A stretch of DNA of 64,000 nt, taken from Bacteroidota bacterium. GTDB taxonomy: Bacteria > Bacteroidota > Bacteroidia > Bacteroidales > JAGONC01. The first letter of the stretch is position 1; every line of letters begins with the position of its first letter. Positions 37,904-44,243 of this stretch are shown here, in pieces. The stretch covers positions 245,772 to 309,771 of the forward strand of contig JAKLFC010000002.1 in NCBI GenBank assembly GCA_022711405.1, in the 5' to 3' direction. The notes below the pieces were generated by a model. It saw only the letters and a list, made by a program, of their open reading frames with translations, had not been told where the DNA came from and did no database searches. Position numbers and translations under genes: made by a program.

Positions 37904-38516
37904 TTCTTCTCCTGTCAGAGAGGATTGTTTTTTGGGAAAATGACTTTCCCGTGGCGATGTATTCTGCCCAGATGACCCAGAGAATAAAAAAGACCAGATA
38001 AAAGATACCCTTTGCCAGGTATCCATGAAAAAATGGCCAGAGTCGGGGCAGGTAAACGATGACCAGCGACAGGCCTGCGATGCGAAGCAGGTTGGCGAGA
38101 TGCACGGCCACCCATCCCAGGGGGATGAACCAGGTTTTCTTCAGCCAGGGGCCGGGATAGAATATCATTAAAAGGGTAAACTGGGTAAACTGCCTGATCC
38201 CCGAACAGGGATGACTGATGCTCAGTGAGCCCGGCGAACCCAGACAGATACGCTGCCCATCGTAACATGCCTCCATCCTGCAGATCCGGGTCAGGATCCA
38301 TTCGCTGCCATGATACAATCCCTGAACCATCCATGCCGACCAGCCGTTCATCAGACGGGTGACAGGAAAAAAATGCAGGGGTTTTTCCCAGATCCACCAG
38401 AAAAGGTAAATGCCTGCCATCAGCAGAAAAAACCTGCTCAGGTTGTAAGGAAACAAGTCCGCATCCCCGGTGTCTCCGGAAAATACCCAGCGCCTTGAAA
38501 AAAAACGCTGCATCAT
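37827..38516 (-). CDS. Short exosortase/archaeosortase-family membrane protein (subfamily unassigned)
   Basis: Polytopic. Ordered motifs ISHPCSGIR (Cys113 in ORF numbering, codon at 38205-38207), VHLANLLRIAGL (N-x-x-R-I), FFHGYL, then FFILWVIW. This layout matches the exosortase core. ATG at 38516 overlaps the upstream stop as ATGA. Confidence 0.65.
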   Translation of the reverse strand: MMQRFFSRRWVFSGDTGDADLFPYNLSRFFLLMAGIYLFWWIWEKPLHFFPVTRLMNGWSAWMVQGLYHGSEWILTRICRMEACYDGQRICLGSPGSLSISHPCSGIRQFTQFTLLMIFYPGPWLKKTWFIPLGWVAVHLANLLRIAGLSLVIVYLPRLWPFFHGYLAKGIFYLVFFILWVIWAEYIATGKSFSQKTILSDRRRITSARRRSGRSLYLPRRWIRHRFPQ

Positions 38517-38752
38517 TGATCCTTCTTTTTTCCTGACAGCCATTTTTTGATTCCATACCCGATGCCGAACAAAAAGAAAAAGAACAATCCACTCCCCAGG
38601 GGAACGCCTCCCGATAATGGGTCGCCACCAACCAGCGTACTGTCACCATTCACCCCGGGTGCAGGCTGTGCCATGAGTACTCCATGACACAAATATCCCG
38701 ATGCGATGACCACAACCAGCAGGGTCATCCATGAAATTCTTGCTCGCTTCAT
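38513..38752 (-). CDS. 79-aa secreted mini-protein with PEP-CTERM-like C-terminal sorting-signal architecture
   Basis: N-terminal signal peptide MKRARISWMTLLVVVIASGYLCHGVLMA|QP, a Gly/Pro-rich 21-aa middle, then VPLGSG + LFFFFLFGIGYGI (TM) + KKWLSGKKKDQ. Starts 11 nt after the stop of the upstream LTD gene. Confidence 0.55.
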   Translation of the reverse strand: MKRARISWMTLLVVVIASGYLCHGVLMAQPAPGVNGDSTLVGGDPLSGGVPLGSGLFFFFLFGIGYGIKKWLSGKKKDQ

Positions 38753-38763
38753 GCCAATGAATA

Positions 38764-41700
38764 TTAAGGAATAAATACTTTTTGAGAGATAACACCCGAT
38801 GAGGATAGCACCCTGACGATATACCAGCCTTTGGATTCAGGCACGGTAACGACCGTCAGTCCCGCATGTGTGACACTTTCCCGTCGGACCAGACGTCCGG
38901 TCATGTCATGAACGAATAACTCTCCTTCCCTGAAAGAGGAAGGGATCATCAGATGAAGATGATTGCCCGACCGGCACAGCACCAAATGCTCAGAAGTAAT
39001 TTCTTCATGCCCTGAGACGACTGTAAAATGAACAAGAAACCGTTCCGGATCATCACCCGGAGCATAGGAAAAGCTATAGTCTGTATGATCCCGGCAGTCG
39101 ATCAGCACATCTTCCTTCAGGTCTTCCAGTAGAATGTCCATGCCTGCAGGGAAAGTCTCCATACCTGTAAAAGCCAGCACGTACATCCCTGAAAGATATG
39201 CAGTAAAGCCTATCATCACGTGCTCGGTATCTGTAACGGAAGGGAAGGCATTCACCGACAGTATGCTGCCGTCGTCTGCAAAAGAGTAGACCTGGGGCAC
39301 GCCATCATTCCCGAAGAGTTTATGAGCATCATACTCCAGATCAAAACCACTGGTGGAACCCTCCCTGAAACAAAGGGTCGTCTGATCGGTCCCATCTTCG
39401 CCCGAAACGTTGATCCTGAAGAGAGGAAAGGATGATGCGACGGGCAGATAATGGTTCGAAACCTCATGGAGGCGGGCCGCATTGGTGAATGTGACGGATC
39501 CGGTTTGCCCGGGTGCGTCCACGCGGATGAAAAATCCCTGCATGGCCGGTACGATGGAATCTGTTGTCTCCGGATTGTTCCCGACACCGTTGATATAAGA
39601 TGAATATCCTTCCCGTTCGGGATTCCAGAAATAGATCGCGTTCTGGATATGATCCCTCAGGATTGCAGGATGCTCCCAGTTTATGGCTGAAGGAAACGGA
39701 TTCCCGATAAGCTGATATCCTGCATAATCAGGCTGATAGGACGGCAGGCCAGGACCGGTATAGGATAATCCGCCTGCCTGCTGAACACCTGAATTAAATT
39801 CTCCGCTGAAATCCACCATGGTGCTGCCTCCTTCCAGCCAGACCGAATAACCCTTGACGGGTGACAATGGGCTGCTGAATGTGAGGTTCTCCCAAAGCTG
39901 GAGAGGTTCATTATACTGACGGACAAAGGCGCTGCCGGGGAAGACATCGCCTGCCTGTGCCTGTGTGACTGGCGGGGAAATAAAATGATACACTGCACCT
40001 TCCGGATCGCGGGATATGCCACCGCTTAAAAATACCTCCATGATGGAAGTCCCGCTGACTTCCACGGCTGCCAGGTCATCTTCCAGCAGCAACGAAGAGG
40101 TAAGGGATGTATCTGCCTGCAGCCACAGTGATCCACCGACCCGCAGGGTATCTCCCTGTGCTACGGTCACCATGGCCCCCGGAGCCAGACTGAGATCCTG
40201 GCAGAAAAAGGGATGATCTATGATCAGCAGTGCATTCACGCTGGCCGGTACGGTGACCTGTGTTCCGGCACCTGCTGACTGGCCTGCAAGCCAGTTGGAT
40301 GGCACCGCCCAGTTATGCTCCTGTTCTGTGCAGCCTCCTGCCCAGGTTGCAGCAACAGGGGCCAGGCTGTTTGCCTGACCGGGGGTGCCACCGTTCATAT
40401 GACTGGCTTTCCAGTTACCGGAAAAACTGTTGTCTGCATTCTGTCCGATCAGCTCCAGTGATGGTCCATATCCGTCGGGAGCCCTGTTGCCCCAGGCTGG
40501 ATCGTCACTGTAGGTTACCAAATCGATCAGCTGGCCGGCAGCATTCTGCAGCTCGATCGTTTCACCGGAATTGCTCAGCGTTCCGCTCTGCCACTCGTAC
40601 ACCCTGGAATCCAGGTCCTGGTACATCCCTGAGGAATACGCGACAACTACGAATTCACCCGGGCCCAGCGTGGCTGTATCCGGAAAAGTGAAGGTAACTC
40701 CCTGCGTAAAGGTATACCCCCCAAGAGCAGTTTCAGGGGATCCCGCATTGACCAGTTCGATGAACTCAGAAGTATCCGTTCCAGTTTCGGGACCATTGTA
40801 ATGGATCTCATGAATGACAATGCGAGCCAGGGGCAGGACATTGAAAGGACTGCTGGTATCCGCTTCCAGCATGGTTCCCGTTAATACCAGTGCAGCAAGG
40901 GTAATGTTGTTCCCGGAAGTGTCATACCGAATCCCGGTGATCACGACTGAACTCCCGCCTGCAAAAAGGGTGTCCTGTAAATTGCCGTACAACTGACCTG
41001 TGCCGGTAGCCACCGATAGCCCTATGACAGTGTTCTCCCCCACAGGACAGATATTCCCCGACGAATCCACTGTCTGTATGCTCACATAAAAGGGCGCATC
41101 CACAAAGGGATCTATGCCGCCATTGACGGAAAGGATCTGGAGCCCTGCAGGCTGAACTTCTTCACCAACTACCGTGAAGCCACCGGTTGACAACACCTGG
41201 CGCTGTGTGTCGGATCCCGTCCAGCTCAGATAATTATTCACCGCCTCCTGGAGTTCTTCCTGCGACCCGTTGATGAGGCTCCGGTTATAGACCAAGTTAT
41301 CAGTCTCTGCCAGGGCTACGCAGGATACTCCGTTCACCAGGCCGGCAGGAAGGGCGGATGTACTGGCATCTGTTGCATCTTCCTGCCAGATATGCTCACC
41401 CTCGTCGTTGATGGCCGCCACAAACAGGGGGGTCTCCTCCGTTCCCTGATACACCAAGATCTGATCCCCGCTGGAGGAGAGGGCCATGCCGGATATGGTG
41501 ACGACCACCTCTGCGCCTGCAGGATGATCGGCAGTCGCTATCCAGATATCGGTCCCTTCCCCTGTCCTGAATGTGCCGGATGCCTTCCACCCGTTATCAG
41601 TCAACCGGATCTCCGTTCCGGCTTCAATGGCCACTAAAAAAGCCAGGGAAACTTCATCGGGATTATCCATATTGAATCCGGTGATAACCAGATCCCCGGG

Positions 41701-41790
41701 CAGTAAGACAGTTTGGGCATGGCTGGGTGTTAAAAAAAAGAGGATTGCCAGTAGTGGCAATCCTGAATATAAAGAAATGTACTGTTTCAT
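38764..41790 (-). CDS. Lamin tail domain (LTD)-containing T9SS cargo protein (~1008 aa)
   Basis: Signal peptide from the ATG at 41790 (MKQYISLYSGLPLLAILFFLTPSHAQ). LTD signature IVIHEIHYNGPETGTDTSEFIELVNAGS...SNSGETIELQNAAGQLIDLVTY (about 40366-40827). C-terminal LFVHDMTGRLV...GWYIVRVLSSSGVISQKVFI resembles a T9SS type A tail. Confidence 0.75.
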   Translation of the reverse strand: MKQYISLYSGLPLLAILFFLTPSHAQTVLLPGDLVITGFNMDNPDEVSLAFLVAIEAGTEIRLTDNGWKASGTFRTGEGTDIWIATADHPAGAEVVVTISGMALSSSGDQILVYQGTEETPLFVAAINDEGEHIWQEDATDASTSALPAGLVNGVSCVALAETDNLVYNRSLINGSQEELQEAVNNYLSWTGSDTQRQVLSTGGFTVVGEEVQPAGLQILSVNGGIDPFVDAPFYVSIQTVDSSGNICPVGENTVIGLSVATGTGQLYGNLQDTLFAGGSSVVITGIRYDTSGNNITLAALVLTGTMLEADTSSPFNVLPLARIVIHEIHYNGPETGTDTSEFIELVNAGSPETALGGYTFTQGVTFTFPDTATLGPGEFVVVAYSSGMYQDLDSRVYEWQSGTLSNSGETIELQNAAGQLIDLVTYSDDPAWGNRAPDGYGPSLELIGQNADNSFSGNWKASHMNGGTPGQANSLAPVAATWAGGCTEQEHNWAVPSNWLAGQSAGAGTQVTVPASVNALLIIDHPFFCQDLSLAPGAMVTVAQGDTLRVGGSLWLQADTSLTSSLLLEDDLAAVEVSGTSIMEVFLSGGISRDPEGAVYHFISPPVTQAQAGDVFPGSAFVRQYNEPLQLWENLTFSSPLSPVKGYSVWLEGGSTMVDFSGEFNSGVQQAGGLSYTGPGLPSYQPDYAGYQLIGNPFPSAINWEHPAILRDHIQNAIYFWNPEREGYSSYINGVGNNPETTDSIVPAMQGFFIRVDAPGQTGSVTFTNAARLHEVSNHYLPVASSFPLFRINVSGEDGTDQTTLCFREGSTSGFDLEYDAHKLFGNDGVPQVYSFADDGSILSVNAFPSVTDTEHVMIGFTAYLSGMYVLAFTGMETFPAGMDILLEDLKEDVLIDCRDHTDYSFSYAPGDDPERFLVHFTVVSGHEEITSEHLVLCRSGNHLHLMIPSSFREGELFVHDMTGRLVRRESVTHAGLTVVTVPESKGWYIVRVLSSSGVISQKVFIP

Positions 41791-41976
41791 AACTGGGTTG
41801 CATTTTGGGTTCAACACTGTTCCATTTCATAGGTTAATCCCCCGGGTACCCAAAATGTGACCCTGTTTTTTAAAAAAAATTTTTATATTTTTTTAATTTT
41901 TCTTAATTGATTGATTTACAACTATATGATTTTTTTAATCTGTCTCAAAATTGACAAACGGCAGGAAGTGCGGGGA

Positions 41977-42609
41977 TTATTTTCTTCCAAAATCGGCAGG
42001 TATCTCTCCCCAGGCAGCTGTATTCCATTTGAGGACCGTACTGGAATAATCGTTTTCCTTCAGCCATATCAAGGCCCGGTCAATAAGTTCGAAAAGTCTG
42101 TGGGTATTACTGGTCCTTTCCAGTTTGGTCTTAACTGCTTTCTCTTTCACCCACTTAATGGCGGTCCTGGAGTCACTGTACAATGGACATGATTTTCCCT
42201 GTGTTTTTAAAAAGGCGAGCCCATGAACAATGCCAAGGAACTCCCCCAGATTGACAGTCCCTTCCGGAAACGGGCCACCCCTGAACACTTCCTGCCCTGT
42301 TTCCGTCCACACACCCCTGTACTCCAGTATTCCCGGATTGCCCTTGCAGGCAGCATCCACCGAGAGACTTCCCAAAATGGGAAGGGAAACGGAGGAAGAT
42401 GAGGTCAGTGAAAGAGCCGACTGGATGGAATCTTTACCAATATAGTCCCTGTGATCCCCTGAAAAGGCCCTTTCGGCCGCTTCCCTTGTGGGAAAGGACT
42501 TGTAAACCGCTCCCTCGATCCCTTTAACCTGTTCTTCACATTCACTCCAGCTGGAAAAAACACCTGGCTTTTTACCCTTCCAAACGACGTAATATCTTGA
42601 TTTTGGCAT
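41977..42609 (-). CDS. rnhA: Ribonuclease H1 with N-terminal hybrid-binding domain
   Basis: YYVVWKGKKPGVFSSWSECEEQVKGIEGAVYKSFPTREAAERAF (RNase H1 N-terminal/viroplasmin-type domain), then the RNase H core (SVDAAC..., LEYRG, YSDSRTAI). Start at the internal ATG at 42609. Confidence 0.8.
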   Translation of the reverse strand: MPKSRYYVVWKGKKPGVFSSWSECEEQVKGIEGAVYKSFPTREAAERAFSGDHRDYIGKDSIQSALSLTSSSSVSLPILGSLSVDAACKGNPGILEYRGVWTETGQEVFRGGPFPEGTVNLGEFLGIVHGLAFLKTQGKSCPLYSDSRTAIKWVKEKAVKTKLERTSNTHRLFELIDRALIWLKENDYSSTVLKWNTAAWGEIPADFGRK

Positions 42610-42640
42610 GATCCTCCCATTCCTGTACAAAACTAATAAG

Positions 42641-42648
42641 TATTTTTG
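42641..42648 (+). promoter_or_regulatory. Bacteroidota -7 box TAnnTTTG (tatttttg)
   Basis: Upstream of the gldH-like ATG at 42709. Confidence 0.4.
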
Positions 42649-42708
42649 TGGAGCGATGGCATCCTCCGGGCCAAACTTTCGACAAGGGTTCGGGAATTTT
42701 CATTAAAA

Positions 42709-43197
42709 ATGAAACAAATTAGTGTATTACTGCTTATTTCACTCCTTTTCATTTCATCCTCCTGTACCAGAAATGAAAGGCAATGTCAGTTTGTTTCGTT
42801 TCATGATCATGCCTGGAACCGGTTTGAGAAGCAGAAATTTGAAATCCCCGTCCGAAATATTTCATCTCCGTCAGAACTGAAGCTGATCCTGCGCCATACT
42901 AATGATTATCCCTTCGATAACCTGTATATCAACGTAATAACAGAAATGCCCGGGGGTGAAGAACGGATCATGGAAAAGGATTTGAGGCTGAAGGATGCCA
43001 GTGGAAACTTTCTGTCGGACGACCGGAAGGGATATCACGAAATCTCCTTCACCCTTTACAAAGAACTGCGGTTCACTGAAAAGGGGTTGTGTCGTGTGGA
43101 AATAGAAAATCTGATCCCAAAGATAGAGATCCCGGGTATCCTGGAACTTGGATTATGTCTTCAGAAACCTCAGCGGGATCAAGGCAAGCAGCAGTGA
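42709..43197 (+). CDS. gldH: Gliding motility lipoprotein GldH-like
   Basis: Lipoprotein signal MKQISVLLLISLLFISSSC. Body W..F...F.F.V, LILRHTNDYPFDNLYINV and LRLKDASGNFL match my memory of GldH. TATTTTTG box at 42641-42648. Confidence 0.55.
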   Translation: MKQISVLLLISLLFISSSCTRNERQCQFVSFHDHAWNRFEKQKFEIPVRNISSPSELKLILRHTNDYPFDNLYINVITEMPGGEERIMEKDLRLKDASGNFLSDDRKGYHEISFTLYKELRFTEKGLCRVEIENLIPKIEIPGILELGLCLQKPQRDQGKQQ

Positions 43198-44133
43198 TCA
43201 ATTGCTGTTGTGAAGGATCTGCACCACATTAAGTCTGTCGTGCTCAAGTTGCCGGCGCAACGCCTCCGGATCGCTGAATTTGATTTCGTCGCGGATCCTG
43301 TCTACCCATCCGATGACGAGAAGATCGCCGTATATCTCGTGGTTGAAATCAAAGATGTGCACCTCGATAGTGTGATCCTTCCGGTTGAACGTGGGCCGGT
43401 TACCGATATTTCCCATTCCCAGGAATTCCCTGCCCTGCCATTGGATCCGACAGGCGTAGACCCCGCTGGCTGTGATCAGTTTCAGCGAATCATCCACTTC
43501 AATGTTGGCTGTGGGAAAACCCATTTCCCTTCCTACCCTGAAGCCGGGGATCACCTTCCCCTGTATCGAATAGGTATAACCAAGGTATCGGTTGGCCAGC
43601 CGGATATTGCCTTCATTCAGCGCGGTTCTGATCTTTGACGAACTCACTGCCACTCCGTCCACATACAAAGGTGCCACCTCCTCAACCTCAAAGCCCAGAT
43701 CCTCTCCGAAGCTTCTGAGACTGCGGTGGTTTCCCAGCCGGTCCTTTCCGAAATGATGATCAAATCCGACAACGATCCGATTCATCTTTATTTTGTCGGC
43801 AAGGATGTTCCTGATGAACTCGAAGGAGGTCATGCCCGCGAACTCCTTTGTGAAAGGAAGGATCACCAGGTGGTCGATCCCTGTTTTCTCCAGTAATTCG
43901 ATCTTTTTCGCCGGTGAGTTGATCAGCTTCAGATTCCATGAATCAGCATAGATCACGGACCGCGGATGGGGTTCAAAGGTGATGACAACCGTCTGGCCTC
44001 CGATTTCCCGGGCGGATTCCTTCAGCCTGTTGATGATCTTCTGATGACCGAGATGGACCCCGTCGAACGTACCAACCGTAACAACCGGAATATCGACCCC
44101 CCTAAACTCATCAACGTCCCTGTAAATTCTCAC
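43198..44133 (-). CDS. ribF: Bifunctional riboflavin kinase / FAD synthetase
   Basis: VVTVGTFDGVHLGHQ nucleotidyltransferase motif and C-terminal kinase region GFPTANI, RPT...E(V)HIFDF. GTG start at 44133. Its stop abuts the gldH stop with zero gap. Confidence 0.9.
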   Translation of the reverse strand: MRIYRDVDEFRGVDIPVVTVGTFDGVHLGHQKIINRLKESAREIGGQTVVITFEPHPRSVIYADSWNLKLINSPAKKIELLEKTGIDHLVILPFTKEFAGMTSFEFIRNILADKIKMNRIVVGFDHHFGKDRLGNHRSLRSFGEDLGFEVEEVAPLYVDGVAVSSSKIRTALNEGNIRLANRYLGYTYSIQGKVIPGFRVGREMGFPTANIEVDDSLKLITASGVYACRIQWQGREFLGMGNIGNRPTFNRKDHTIEVHIFDFNHEIYGDLLVIGWVDRIRDEIKFSDPEALRRQLEHDRLNVVQILHNSN

Positions 44134-44152
44134 CTTTTTTCGTTTGAATCCG

Positions 44153-44160
44153 CAAAATTA
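44153..44160 (-). promoter_or_regulatory. Bacteroidota -7 box TAnnTTTG (taattttg on the minus strand)
   Basis: Upstream of the ribF GTG at 44133. Confidence 0.4.
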
Positions 44161-44243
44161 TACATTTTCAGCAACCATACTACCGAATCCAGGGTAACAA
44201 AACCTTCCCCAACGGGATTAACCAGTGTATAAAAAGTACTATA

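Noticed and set aside
37827-38516. Calling the exosortase-like gene xrtF.
   Set aside because: From memory, XrtF has a C-N-A-type Cys context and is followed by a dedicated multi-TM partner gene. Here the context is P-C-S-G-I-R and the downstream gene is convergent and unrelated. I left the subfamily unassigned pending HMM classification.
37915-38649. 244-aa alternative-frame ORF overlapping both the exosortase-like gene and the 79-aa gene.
   Set aside because: Its translation has no TM helices or motifs and is Gly/Arg/Pro-rich. The chosen frames give a clean signal peptide, TM helices and the C-S-G / N-x-x-R-I / H motif series, plus an ATGA junction.
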